64,000 nt of DNA from Sphyrna mokarran (lineage: Eukaryota). Numbering within the stretch: the first letter of the stretch is position 1; each line of letters begins with the position of its first letter. Both the position numbers and the translations under genes were made by a program. The stretch covers positions 10,602,001 to 10,666,000 of the forward strand of contig JAGIQG010000023.1 of NCBI GenBank assembly GCA_024679065.1, written 5' to 3'. Shown in pieces: positions 1-11,675 of this stretch. The notes beneath the pieces are model-generated. The model had not been told where the DNA came from and ran no database searches. It saw only the letters and a program-made list of their open reading frames with translations.

Positions 1-597
1 ATCCTACCTTTCCCATCCTTCCTCCTTGCCGGCACATATCTTTCCTGCAGAGAGTTTAGTTTTCCCTTGAAAGACTCCCACATGTACCTCGTCGACCTGC
101 CCTCAAAAAGCTTATCCCAATCCGTATCTTTAAGATCTTGCCTAATCTGGCCGTATCTAGCCCTCCCCCAGTTAAATACCCTCCCTTTTGGGCCAGTCTC
201 ATCCTTTTCCATTAATATCCTAAAGCAGACAGAGTTGTGATCACTATTTGACACCTGCTCTCCTACCTCGACGTCAACCACCTGGCCTGGCTCATTCCCC
301 AGAACCAAATCCAGTATAGCCCCCTCTCTAGTCGGGCCATCCACATACTGCTCCAAGGACCCTTCCAAAACACACTGTACAAATTCCTCCCCATCCACTC
401 CTACAGCCCTGGGCACACTCCAATCTACTCCAGGAAAATTGAAATCTCCCACCACTACCACCCTATTTTTCCTACACTTATCTAAAATGTCCCTGCATAT
501 CCCTTCTTCCACAGCCTGCGGGCTGTTGGGCGGTCTGTAGTAAACACCCAACAGAGTAACCACTCCCTTCCTATTCCTCAACTCCACCCATAGAGAC
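1..597 (-). mobile_element. 5'-truncated CR1-clade LINE, ORF2 apurinic endonuclease region; frame open and running off the window
   Basis: Minus-strand translation SLWVELRNRKGVVTLLGVYYRPPN...VVVVGDFNFPGVDW...PTREGAILDLVL...SNSDHN without stops; absent at the paralogous site 29833. Confidence 0.92.
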
Positions 598-2334
598 TAT
601 CTAGATGGTTGCTAGGCAACGTGCCTCATCAGCCCCTTTGAACGTGAGTTCCTGTGGTTGCCAGGCAGATTCTCCCTATTTTGCCAATGGCACTGCACCC
701 CAAACACCCAGGAGGCTTCAATGGCCTCCAATCCCACCAGCGAGGCGATCACATCTTCCCTGTTGATGGAGAATCATACCTGATCCTTGCAAGTAAAGAC
801 CTCGGCTGGTGTAAGGTAAGGGCAAGTGAGCCCAGACAATAGCATGTGGTACTCACTAATTACACACTCAGTCTCAAAGATTCCTCTCACTCCAATCACC
901 GCTCTGCCCAACCCCTCCATCCAGACACCACTTCCCCCACTCTTGGATTGTGTCAGTCTTCTTCCCTCATAAGGGCCACGGGCCCAGTGCAGGAATGGGT
1001 TACAAAGTGAACCTGGGTGTCCTCCGGCTGGCACGGGCAAGATGGGCCAAACGACCTATTTCTGTGCTGTAATTTTCTGATGGTTCTTTCCCACTTCCTC
1101 CTCCCTCTATTCCCCTCTCCTGCACCCCACTCTTCTTCTCTCCTGTCTCCATCTCCCACTCAACACCAGGGCCACTGACACTCGATCCTGCCATCCTGAA
1201 TACAGCGTAATAGTAATGCATATTTTAATAAAATGAACGAAGAACTACTGGGGATCTGGTGGTGATTTTGAACACCTAGACTGATGGCTTTTTTGTACTA
1301 AATAAAAGAAAATTAAATTCAGGTTTTATTTAATTCATTTCCTTGAGTTTTGGTGCAGGTTTTCTGAGCGATTCGATGCATTTGATCACTTTTGACATCA
1401 AATGTCTGTTGATCATTTTTTGTGCAAAAGTAATGTTAACATTTTTTGTAGCTTTTGATCTCAATGGATGAAATTTAACCAGTCTGGGGTTTATCATTGA
1501 CCAGAATCTGTACTGGACTAGCCATGTAAACACTGTGGCTACTAGAGCAGAACAAAGGCAAGGAGGAATCCTAAAGCAAGAAACCGACCACCTAATTCCC
1601 CAAGGCTGACCATAGAACCGTAGAAATGATACAGCACAGAAGGGGGCCATTCAACCCATCTTGTCCATGCCAACCCAAAGATACTCAGATGCTTTTTCTG
1701 ATCCCATCTTCATGCACACAGCCCATAGCCCTGTATCTTACAGCACAGAAGTGCAGATCCAGGTACTTGTTAACAAATTTAGGATTCCTGTCTCCATCAC
1801 CAACTCAGGCACTGAATGCCATACCCAACATCTACAGGCCGCAAGTCACGAATGAGATGTAATATTCTCCATTTGCCTGGATGAGTGCAATGCCAACAAC
1901 ATTCAAGAAAGTCAACACTATCCAGGACAAAACAACCCACTTGTTTGCTATCCCTTCCAGAAAACACTCAATACCTCTCCCGTTGATGAACAGTGGCAGT
2001 GTACCACCTACAAGATGCTCCGCGTGAACTTACCAAGACTCCTTTGGCAGCACTTCCCAAACCCACAACCACCACCATCGAGAAGGATAAGAGCAACAAA
2101 GACCTGGGAACACCTTTCACTTGGAAGTTCCCTTCCAAGTCACTTAGCATCCTAATTTGGGAATATATTGCTGTTCTTTTACTGTCACTGTATCTAAACC
2201 CTGGAATTTTCATCCTAATAACACAGTGGGTACACTTTCCAATGAAGGCTCAAACTTACAAGTAACAAACTCACATTGCTTGTAAGTCTTTCGTGTTCAT
2301 CCAACACTAGACCCAGTTCCTGTAGAATAGGCCT

Positions 2335-2367
2335 TAATAGCAATTAAAAAGCTGACAATTACTATAG
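2335..2367 (+). pseudogene. Remnant of gene A D4 Ig exon (last ~11 codons plus GT donor)
   Basis: ATAGCAATTAAAAAGCTGACAATTACTATAG|GTAAGG aligns to ~32208-32238. The upstream flank (GAATAGGCCT) aligns to ~31570-31579, so ~630 bp including the acceptor are missing. Confidence 0.85.
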
Positions 2368-3099
2368 GTAAGGACCAATATAAAATTATTATAATTCAAT
2401 CAGTATTGTATACAACTCACAAAACAATAACAATTGGTCAGTGCTGTCCTTCATGTTTTATACAAACCTATCGCACCTCAATCTTGCAGCATATCCGCTT
2501 CTAGTCTTTTCCTCCTCAGTAAGTTTCTCTCCGTTATCCCTAAAAGTACATTCGATATTTGCCATAATTGCATCTTATGATGCAGGTAAACACAGAAACA
2601 TAGGAAATGGGAGCAAGAATAATCCTTCAGAATGCCTCAGAAGCACTAAACAAGACGCAGCAGTGTCTATAAGCCGGACATTTTTAAGATCCTCTATTCA
2701 CCAATCTTAACTGAGTAAGAGTTTTTTGAAACTTACCTGGCACTGCGTTGGCCGTCATGGAGTTTCACTGCTCCATATTCCTCTCTCTCTGCCGCTCTAA
2801 GTGATCTTTGCAACAGCTGAGAGACTTGAACCACCCGCGCCCTGAATCACCCGACCGCATTCCAGCAAGGTCTGAAATCCAACAGGACTGGATTTGAGCT
2901 ATTAAACCCAATTCCATATTGAACAAGTTCCACCTTCGAATAACTCTCTGGGTAAAGAGTTTCGAAAATTTCACTGATACTAATAGTAACCACTCATAAT
3001 AAAAATACGTTGAAACTTTGTGCTATACCTCACAAAATATTGTATTTCCAGCACTATTAGCCCCTTCTGAAACCCCCTCAGAAACCCAGCTTCTCACCT

Positions 3100-3452
3100 A
3101 TTGACTCTGTCTACATTTCCTGCAGCCTTGGAAAAACAGCTAGCGTCATCAAGGACCTTAGGCACCCCGGACATTCTTCCATTTTCTTGCATTGGGAAAA
3201 AGATACAAAACTCTCAGGTCACATGCCAGAAGCCGAATCAAGAACAGCTTCTTCCCAGCTGCCATTAGACTATTAAATGGATCGACCTCATATTAAGCTG
3301 ATCTTTCTCTACTCTCTAGTTATGGCTGTGACACCACATTCTGCACTCTCTCCTTCCCCTCTCTATGAACGGTATGCTTTGTCGGTCTAGTGCACAAGAA
3401 ATAATACATTTCACTGCATGCTAATACATGTGACAATAATATATCAAATCAA
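3100..3452 (+). mobile_element. Rex/Babar- or L2-like LINE 3' end (copy ~32980-33331; minus-strand tail of the same type ~12925-13095)
   Basis: [13 protein letters not shown] motif; tail ACATGTGACAATAA...TCAAATC. Confidence 0.65.
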
Positions 3453-3718
3453 CACCTTCTCCTCAGCTCACTTTTCAATATGTTAGTTAAGGACACAGAA
3501 ATCTATTCAAAAAAAATCACTCTTCATTCATCCTGTATTTGACATGAGGAAACTTAACCAGTCTTCAGAATGAATTAAATCCCTGCCCCCCCCCGACCCG
3601 CCATCCCCTCATTCACAACACCCAGGCTCACTTTCCATAAGTACTGTCTGCTGAAGAGAATTGCGGTGGTTACCAGTTCCTTATTGAATTATTCATTCAT
3701 GTTTATTTGCTACAATAG

Positions 3719-3752
3719 GAAAATCAGAAGTTTCCAACAAGTTTACCTCAAG
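3719..3752 (+). CDS. Gene A stalk micro-exon
   Basis: Identical to 33598-33631. Confidence 0.7.
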
Positions 3753-4250
3753 GTAAGACTGGAATTTGCATTGTATAAATAACAATTGTTGCGCCATTCT
3801 CAATGAAGCCACAGTTGATAAATAATCTTACTTTCCCCTCACATCATGGTGAACAATGCAATATCTTTAAATTACCACAATCCACATAGCGGTAATCTTG
3901 TGCCAGCTTTTACCTCATACTTCTGCTATTGGATTGTCTTCCCATTTAAGACACACAACATCGAAGTCAGGGAGCAAAGTTCTTGCATGTCCTGGCAATA
4001 ATCATTCAGTACAATAATATGTCAGGATTGCATTGCAACTTTCTGCTGACTCCTCCACCAGGCAGTTCCCGTCACCTCGGCCGGATGTTTCATTCATTCA
4101 GGGGATGTGGGCGCTGCTGATATTTTTCCTGTGCACACACAGCCCAATGACTCTTTAATGTGAGTTCCAGTTGAAAATCAGCCCACAGGTTCTACATACT
4201 GTCTGTGCTTTCAATATAATGTTGCACACATTTTGGGAGGTTGAGTATTG

Positions 4251-4590
4251 TCATAGAATCCCTGCAACACAGAAGAGTCCATTCGGCCCATCAAATCAGC
4301 ACCGACTCTCTGCCACGTCCTCACCTCTGCCCGATCCCCCAAAACCCACTCATGTACCATGGGCAATCTGCCTAACCTGCTCATCATTGGACACTCAGGG
4401 GCAATTATAGCCTGGCCAATCCATATAAACTGCATATCTTTGGACTGTGGGAAGAAACCAGAGAACCTGGTGGAAGCCCACGCAGATACAAAAGAATATG
4501 CAGATTCCGCACAGACAGTGATTCAAGCCAGGAATTGAACCCAGGTCCTCGGGGCTGTGAGGCAGCAGTACTAACCATTGTACCACAGTG
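4251..4590 (-). mobile_element. tRNA-derived SINE with CR1-like tail (HE1-like; copy ~34129-34468)
   Basis: Minus strand has A-box TGGTTAGTACTGCTGCC and B-box GGTTCAATTCC; tail ends TTCTATGA. Confidence 0.85.
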
Positions 4591-4664
4591 TTTGTCATAC
4601 AAGTTTATCACATAAACTCTGGGATAAGTTATCTTGTATTAATTATAGCTCCTTGTTTTGTCAG

Positions 4665-4771
4665 AGACGTTCTGTTGGAGATATGGAGGATATTCCGCTG
4701 GCTGATCTTTAGTGCTCTGGCTGCTTGCACTGTTTCAGTCACATGCTATGCACATTTTGCAAAGGCCCCAG
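4665..4771 (+). CDS. Gene A transmembrane exon
   Basis: Identical to 34543-34649; part of ORF 4588..4785. Confidence 0.78.
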
Positions 4772-4836
4772 GTATAATATTTTAAATCTCTTTCCTCTAA
4801 TATTTATACATAATTAACTTCAACCTAAAAGCTTAG

Positions 4837-4916
4837 GCATTTTGAAAGCTGCTGAAAAGACACAGCAAAAAACTCCACAAGGAAATGACTCCTCCTCGAG
4901 AAATCTAACCCAATGA
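4837..4916 (+). CDS. Gene A candidate terminal cytoplasmic exon
   Basis: Same as 34715-34794; AATAAA at 4985-4990. Confidence 0.42.
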
Positions 4917-4984
4917 ACCGTTATTACTAGGCCAGTGTTAGAACAACAACTGCTGGAGTGAATTTTATGTTTGTTAATAGAAAG

Positions 4985-4990
4985 AATAAA
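4985..4990 (+). terminator. Candidate polyadenylation signal, gene A
   Basis: First AATAAA downstream of the predicted stop. Confidence 0.5.
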
Positions 4991-5127
4991 ATGTCACTTC
5001 ATCTGCAGCTTTTCATTTACATATGTGAGTCCAAGATGGGAAAATTCCAAGTAGTCAGTGGATACAAAGCACTGAGTTTCATTCAATGTTTATTGAAAAT
5101 GCACACTTGTGTACAAAGGCGGTCATA

Positions 5128-5490
5128 ACACAATAAGAAAGAGGAACAGGAGAAGTCTGTTCAACCCCTCAACCCTGCTCCAACATTCAAAAGGATCATG
5201 GCTAATCCCAACATTCTTCTTTCCTGCCCTTTCCTCTTAACCCTTGATTGCTTTACTAATCAAACATCTATCTATCTCAGTCTTCAATATACACAAGGGC
5301 TCTGCCCCCCAAGCTCTCTGTGGCAAGGAGCTCCAAAGATTCACAACCCTCTGAGGTAAGAAATTCCTCCTCATCCCAATCTTAAATTGGTGTCCCTTGA
5401 TTCTCAAACCGTGCCCTCTGGTCCTAGACTCTTCCATGATGGAAAACATTCTCTCAGAATTTACCCTGTCCAAGGCCCTTAAGAATCCAA
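5128..5490 (-). mobile_element. CR1 LINE 3' end (copy ~35006-35368)
   Basis: LDRVNSERMF...SRTRGHGLRIKG...RRNFLPQRVVNLWSSLP. Confidence 0.88.
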
Positions 5491-5552
5491 GATACTCAAT
5501 GGCCTGGAACATGGATGAAAGAATGCCAGCTGTGTTCCTGGATCAGAAACAG

Positions 5553-5672
5553 TCGGCAGAATTTTCCCATTCCGGCCGCCATGGGAATGTAGCAGGAGGG
5601 GGCGGACCGTGAAAAGGGCCATTGACTCAAGACGGGATTCTTCGCGCAAGTGTGGCTGGAAAATCCCACTCA
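5553..5672. mobile_element. Short MITE-like element with imperfect terminal inverted repeats (copy ~35431-35550)
   Basis: GGCAGAATTTTCC ... GGAAAATCCCAC bracketing a ~120-bp CpG-rich core. Confidence 0.45.
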
Positions 5673-6236
5673 GTGTATTGTATTGTAGAACCTGGAACCC
5701 AAGATGGGCACCAGAGCTATGGGCACCACTCGCAAAATAGAAAGTTCCCCCTACCTCAGGAAATTTGAACAACATCACTGTTTGAGGTTCTGGCAAACAC
5801 ACTTCAGCACTTACATGCAGGTATACCTAACCATTCTTTCACCGATTTTTTTTTTGCCAGTGTCTCTCAAAGTATTTCACTTCATTCGTTTTTGACAGTC
5901 CAGTTGCTTAAATTAATTTCTCCTTCAGTTCCCTAGGGGAGCAAATGAAGGGTTATATGAAAACCTCAACTACAAAACATAAATACATCAGAGCTGGATT
6001 TGAAGCTTGCTCGGAAGATTGACTAATTTCTATATGAATGTCCAAAATATTCCCACTTGCTTTCCAAAGTTACTTTGCAATATTGCATTTTTTTATACTT
6101 TATAACATTCTGAAATGCTTTGTACCACCTCCAGAAATTGTGTGCAAACTCCTTTTATTCTAATAAAAATTAGATAAAATTTCTTGGTTTTTTATTTCAA
6201 GGAGTCAAGTTGCTTTTTTGCCACCAATGTCTAAAT

Positions 6237-6725
6237 TTTAAAGTTTATTTATTAGTTCCGCAAATAGGCTTACACTAACAATGCAATGAAGTTTCTGTGG
6301 AAATCCCTGCCTCGCCACACTCTTCCCTGACACTAAGAAGCAATTTAGCTTGGCCAAACTACCTAACCTACACAACATTGGACTGCGGGAAAATGTGATG
6401 TGGAGATGTCGCTGTTGGACTCGGGTAAACACAGTAAGAAGTCTCACATCACCAGGTTAAACTCCAATAGGCTGATATGGTAGCACAAGCCACTAGTTTT
6501 TGGAGAGCTGCCCCTTCATCAGGATACCTTGTGATACCAAATAAATCTGTTGGACTTTAGCCTGGTGTCGTGAGACTCCTTACTGTGGAAAGAAACCAGA
6601 CAACCAAAGAAATCCATTCAGACACAGGAAGAATGTGCAATTTCTACACAAACTCAACCAGGAATTGTACCTGGGCAAGTGGCGCTGTGAGACAGCAGTG
6701 CTAACCACTGTGCCACCGTGCCATC
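6237..6725 (-). mobile_element. tRNA-derived SINE interrupted by a Penelope-type palindromic insert (copy ~36115-36603)
   Basis: SINE head GCAGTGCTAACCACTGTGCCACCGTGCC and tail AAGTTTATTTATTAGT on the + strand; insert at ~6396-6586. Confidence 0.85.
6396..6586. mobile_element. Penelope-like terminal-repeat fragment arranged as an inverted repeat, with degenerate hammerhead core (copy ~36274-36464)
   Basis: ACAGTAAGAAGTCTCACATCACCAGGTTAAACTCCAATAG pairs imperfectly with CTGTTGGACTTTAGCCTGGTGTCGTGAGACTCCTTACTGT; minus strand CTGATGA-A-GGGGCAGCTCTCC-AAAA. Confidence 0.65.
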
Positions 6726-6947
6726 CTGTGTTTACAGCCATCCCTTTCTGGGCCTTGAGACCATTACAGCCTTTGTTTCTGATAAAATCTATTCAAGGCA
6801 GGAATGCCGTTCTGGATGGCTTCAGCCTGCCTTGAGTGGTTTCAGTTTCAGAAGCCTGGGCTCATTGTAGGATGTTTTTAGCATGGCAAGAAACCAACAG
6901 GAGGTGCTGTGGGCTGCATAGTGTCTGTAGTTCAACTGTGACAGTGA

Positions 6948-8265
6948 GGACCAGAATTCCCGTCAAGAGTTTTTCACACAAAGGGAAAAACTTTTCTATT
7001 CCAAGCTCCGTGAAAGGATATTATTGTCCTTCAAACACCACAGGAATGATTCCCCCAGCCCTGCTCTGCTGCTTTTGTCGTGCCGTGACCGGGAGACTCG
7101 AGCAGAGGCACATTCTGTGGCTCCTCGCCGGGCCTCACGGCCTCTGTGCATCTCCCATAGCCGGAATTTTGCTGCAGTCACTTCCGCGCCGGGAATTGGT
7201 GCAGTTGCATAACGTCTGCAGATCCTCATTTGAATATGTTTTAAATCAGCCTCTTCCCTCCCCTGCCAAGAGTATTTCACTGCAGCGGGGTTTAACATAT
7301 TTCCAAACTGGGACCGACCCCACTCGAGAAATGAGGGGCCATCGAGATCTTCCATGGGGTTGGGTACTGTGAGGGGGTTAACCCTGGACATTGTCACTTT
7401 GATAATGTCAATCTGGCCCCGGCACTGCCCAAGGGGCAAAGCGCCATTGCCCGGGAGGGCTTGTTGGCACTCTCCACCACTCATAGGGCAATGCCAAGAG
7501 GGAGGGGCCTATTTGAGAGGGAGGTCTGTTGAGGAGGATTTCAGGGTGAATGAGGGGTGTGATTTGTGATGGGGGTTGCGTTCCGTTGCCACTCTGCACT
7601 TTGGGCTGAGTGACAGAACATAGAACAGTACAGCACAGTACAGGCCCTGCGGCCCTCGATGAGGCGCCGAGCTATGTCCGAACCCAAAATCAAGCTGTCC
7701 CATTCCCTATCATTCTGGCGAGTGATAGAGGGAGGGAGGCCAGCAATCGGTGCTGGCCATTGAGGTGGGAGGGGGGCAGCGTGCTGGGTCAGTCACGACT
7801 GCAGGGAAAGGGTTAGAACTGTGGGGACGGGGTGTCAGGACTGAAGGGATGGGGGGAACCGGAATCAACTGGGAGATCAGGTTAACCGAGGTTGGGTGGG
7901 GGTGGGGAGAGACTGGGCCGAGCATGTTGGGGGGGCCGGCAATCAAGCCACGTGGTGGGGGGGGCTCATACAGCTGGCGATGTGGGGATTGCGGGGCTAG
8001 CCATCAATCAGGAGGCCAGAAGTGGAAGTGTACTGTACATATATCAATCTCTACTCTGACCGATCAACGTATGCGCAGTGACTCACTCAGCATTACGCTG
8101 CTGGCAATGCACACCACCCGCCCGCTGATTTTTAATCTGATTCAAGCTAGTCCACTCTGCAATGCACAAAGTTGGAGATTCATTTGGAAACTCCCACTGA
8201 AAAATCCAGAGGGATTTTCTCCAGTTTTTACGTGAATTCAACAATTAGATATTTTTGGGGAGATG
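6948..8265. repeat. GC/CpG-rich interspersed element, probably a non-autonomous DNA transposon, with a nested CR1 tail (~7615-7715); copy ~36826-38143
   Basis: Sharp compositional shift from AT-rich flanks; internal starts GGACCAGAATTCCC and GCCGGAATTTTGC resemble the short element at 5553; no credible protein. Confidence 0.4.
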
Positions 8266-8481
8266 CAAACCCCGACTCATCCCAAAGGTTTCAGAGATGC
8301 AAACTGAAAGCAAAACAAATCATACAGTGTTGGTAAAAGTGCTCCCTGGAAAGCTCTTGAAGATTCTCAAGAGAATTCCCAAGCGGGCAGACACAAATTG
8401 ATGGAGATGCCTCACCTGGTTGTACCACCACAGAGGGTTCAGCTAAACCAGGCTGATACTTCAGGGCAGTAATGTCCTAGG

Positions 8482-8730
8482 GAACATAGAACATAGAAGA
8501 ACCACAGCACAAATAAGCCCTTCAGCCCACAAGTTGCACTGATCATATCCCTTCCCATTAGGCCTACTTATAACCCTCAATCCTATTAATTCTCAGGTAC
8601 TCCTCTAGAAGTCTCTTAAAAGGCTCTATTGAATTTCCTCCACCACAACCAACGGCAGCCGATTCCACTCACCCACCGCCCTCTGAGTGAAGACCTTACG
8701 CCTGACATCTCCTCTGTATCTACTCCCCAT
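8482..8730 (-). mobile_element. CR1 LINE 3' fragment (copy ~38360-38608)
   Basis: (GAACATA)n tail and CACCCACCGCCCTCTGAGTGAAGA segment of the ORF2 3' end. Confidence 0.75.
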
Positions 8731-9079
8731 GTACAGGAACATGGAATAGATTGGGGGGAATTCCCTCTCTGAGGTATGTGGAAAAGGGGAGATGCTTTAC
8801 CCAAAGACAAACAGCACCTGATGGACACCAAGGGGGAAATAAAAGTCTGTGTAGAATTATCTACTGAAATATCACAGGGCAAAGCTCAAATTTCTAATCT
8901 CACTCAATCCAACAATGCAGCTTCATAAACCACTGAGGAAAACATGCAGGAGGGAAACTCAAATGTCTCACAAGGATTTAAAAATAATTAATTGCCCAAC
9001 ATCGAGTGACAAATAAGTGGAATATTTCTGGTGATAGAAGTGGTCTGCCATTGGCTACTGGTGGGATCTTCCAGTTTTT

Positions 9080-9482
9080 ATTTATTGGTGGGACATGGGC
9101 GTCGCTGGCTGGCCAGTATTTATTGCCCATCCCTAGTTGCCCTCGAGAAGGTGTTGGTGAGCTGCCTTCTTGAATCGCTGCTGTTGACCCACAATACTGT
9201 CAGGAAGGGAATTCCAGGATTTTGACCCAGCGACTTTAAAGGAATGGCAATATATTTCCAAATCAGGATGGGTGAGTGGCTTGGAGGAGAACTTACAGAT
9301 GATGTCATTCCCATGCATCTGCCACCCTTGTCCTTCTAGATGGAACTGGTCGGGAGTTTGGAAGGTGCTGCCTAAGGATCTTTGGTGAATTGCTGCAGTG
9401 TATTATGTAGATGTTACACACGGCTGCGACTGAGCGTCCGTGAGGGAGGGAGTGGTTGTTTGTGAATGTGGTGCCAATCAAG
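9080..9482 (-). mobile_element. LINE 3' end of a second family (copy ~38958-39360; related pieces ~1835-2240, 18760-19030, 23740-23960, 28620-28890, 31070-31480)
   Basis: ORF C-terminus SFKVAGSKSWNSLPDSIV...RFKKAAHQHLL, recurring in several introns. Confidence 0.7.
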
Positions 9483-10081
9483 CAATGTCCCCATAGGGTA
9501 GAGACAATTTCCCCTTAGCTGTTTCAATCTGCTTTAGCTCCCTCTCTTTTCCTGCTTTTAATTCATTCTCAAGCTTCTCCAGCAGGAAGACTCACTCCAA
9601 CTCTCTTTCTTGGAATCCCCCTTTTCCTTCCCTGCCTCAAACTCTAACTCTTGCCTCTGTTCCTCCAGATTAATCTTGCCAAGGGTAACCTGCTCCGTGT
9701 TGGGTTTGTGTCTTCTACCTGTTCCAGTTGAGGCCAAGTTCCTCAGTCAGCATTTCTAGTTTCTCAGTGTGTTGTACCCACTTCCTCACAGTGAATCCTT
9801 TTGGGCTAGTTATTGATTGAAGCTGCTCTGTTGTTGGGGCTGGTAACCTTTGCTGAGTTAAATCCCACACTTCCACCAATGAGTTCACATTGAATGAGCC
9901 ACCCCACCCTCTAGTGGTAATAAACGCACAAAACATGCTGCTCGAGGCTTTTCATTTCAAAGAAACACTTTCAGCTGCTCACTTTACCTTCCTGTTTCCA
10001 ATTTATTCTTTTAACATCAGATTTGGCTCCTTTTAGTTCAGTTCATTCCAATCTTGGCTACAGCAGCAAGTTCTGATATGG

Positions 10082-10365
10082 ACAGGAGAACAGTGGTTAG
10101 CACTACTGCCTCACAGCACCAGGGAACCAGGTTAGATTCCCAGCTTGGGTCACTGTCTGTGCAGAGTCTGCATGTTCTCCCCATGTCTGAATGGGATTCC
10201 TCTGGTTGCTCCAGTTTCCTCCCACAGTCTGAAAGATGTGCTAGTTGGGTCCATTGTCCTGAACAGGCAGCAAAGTGTGGCCGACTAGGGGAATTTCACA
10301 ATAATTTCATTGCAGTGTTAATAAGTCTTATTTGTGACTAATAAATCAATAAACTTTAACTTTAT
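10082..10365 (+). mobile_element. tRNA-derived SINE (copy ~39961-40244)
   Basis: CAGTGGTTAGCACTACTGCCTCACAGC head; GTGACTAATAAA tail. Confidence 0.88.
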
Positions 10366-11274
10366 AAACAGAAACCCTCCAGTTTCCTTCCCTTACGGTC
10401 AGTGTGACTGTTTTTGGAACGGTTTATCTGTGTGACTCTAAGTTCCCTTTAGCACCTGGTCAGTTTAAAGGAACAGTGGAAGGCTTTCATGACTTTGAAA
10501 ATAAAGATTATTTCTTCACGCACTCCTCTGAAGAAGCCTAAATGTCACCTTATTCACACAATGAGTAGAGCATTACTGGGTTAAATATTTATTTCAGCTC
10601 CAAGGAATGGGACCTGCAATGACAGCCTGAAAATCATGCTCCAACCTTTGGAAAAGCATGGAGTTCATCAAAGGCACTCAGATGCAAAATGTTTTCATTT
10701 TTTGTGGAGACTTTAGGTCACTGGGTGGATAAAGGTGGTTACATCCTACCAGGGGTGAAGTTCAAGATTTAAGAAATGTTCAGGATATTTCTAGCTCAGA
10801 TTTGCTTTGGGGCTTAACCACATCTTCTAGAGCAGAATGATGCTTTCCAGAGAGTTTCTCTTACCAGATGGCTGTAGCAATGGTCTTAACCACTCATCAG
10901 CACCTTGCTACTGACATTTTGATCTCACTTGCTCTATCGGACTCACCTTAGAAGCCATGCTTTTAACATGTAAGTGTAACCCACTTTCAGATGTCTTCCT
11001 CAGTTTTACAATTCCATACCCTATTGTTCTCTACTTTATTGAGCTAAATATCTGGTTGCCTTGCTGCTGAGCTAATTCATGTATCAAAACTTTCCAGACA
11101 ACTACAATACCCTTTTACCCAATTCTTTAAACGTTATTTTATCAGGATTTCTTGCATCATTATTTCATCCAATTCTTACATCTTTACTTTATTCAAGCTT
11201 AAGTTTCAAGTTTAATAAATAAACTTCAAATAAACTTTTAATGTCACAAGGAGGCTTAATTTAACACTGTAACA

Positions 11275-11675
11275 ATGCCGGGGACTCAGGTTCGATTCCC
11301 GGCTTGGGTCACTGTCTGTGTGGAGCTTGCCCTTTCTTTCTGCGTCAGCGTGCGTTTGCTCCGAGTGCTCTAGCTTCTTCCCATGTTCAGAAAGATGTGC
11401 TAGTTAGGTGCATTGGCCATGCTAAGTTCTCCCTCAGTTTACACGAACAGGCGCCAGATTGTGGCGACTGGGAGAATTTCACACTAACTTCATTGCTCAG
11501 TTAATGTAAGCCTTACTTGTGACTAATAAATAAGCTTTGCTTAAAGTTAGTGTGAAAATCCTCTCGTCGCTACACTCTGGCACCTGTAGGGGTACATTGT
11601 GGGCAAATTTAGCATGGCCAATGCACCGAACCAACACATCTTTTGAACTATGGGCTGAAAATGGAGCACCTGGAA
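11275..11675. mobile_element. Tail-to-tail SINE pair (+ strand 11275-11535, - strand ~11540-11675; copy ~41449-41850)
   Basis: B-box GGTTCGATTCCC and SINE body, followed by a reverse-oriented body fragment. Confidence 0.8.

Noticed and set aside
654-842. Exon-like segment ending AAG|GTAAGG, faintly resembling Harbinger Myb/SANT proteins (also ~29890-30055)
   Set aside because: Frame differs between the two copies and the similarity is too weak to assert without a search.
6836-8235. 160-180 aa ORFs on both strands (also 36714-38113)
   Set aside because: They lie in a GC-rich interspersed repeat with few stops; no recognisable domain or exon structure.
10090-10150. tRNA genes suggested by A/B boxes
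   Set aside because: These are SINE heads continuing into a common SINE body; no cloverleaf.
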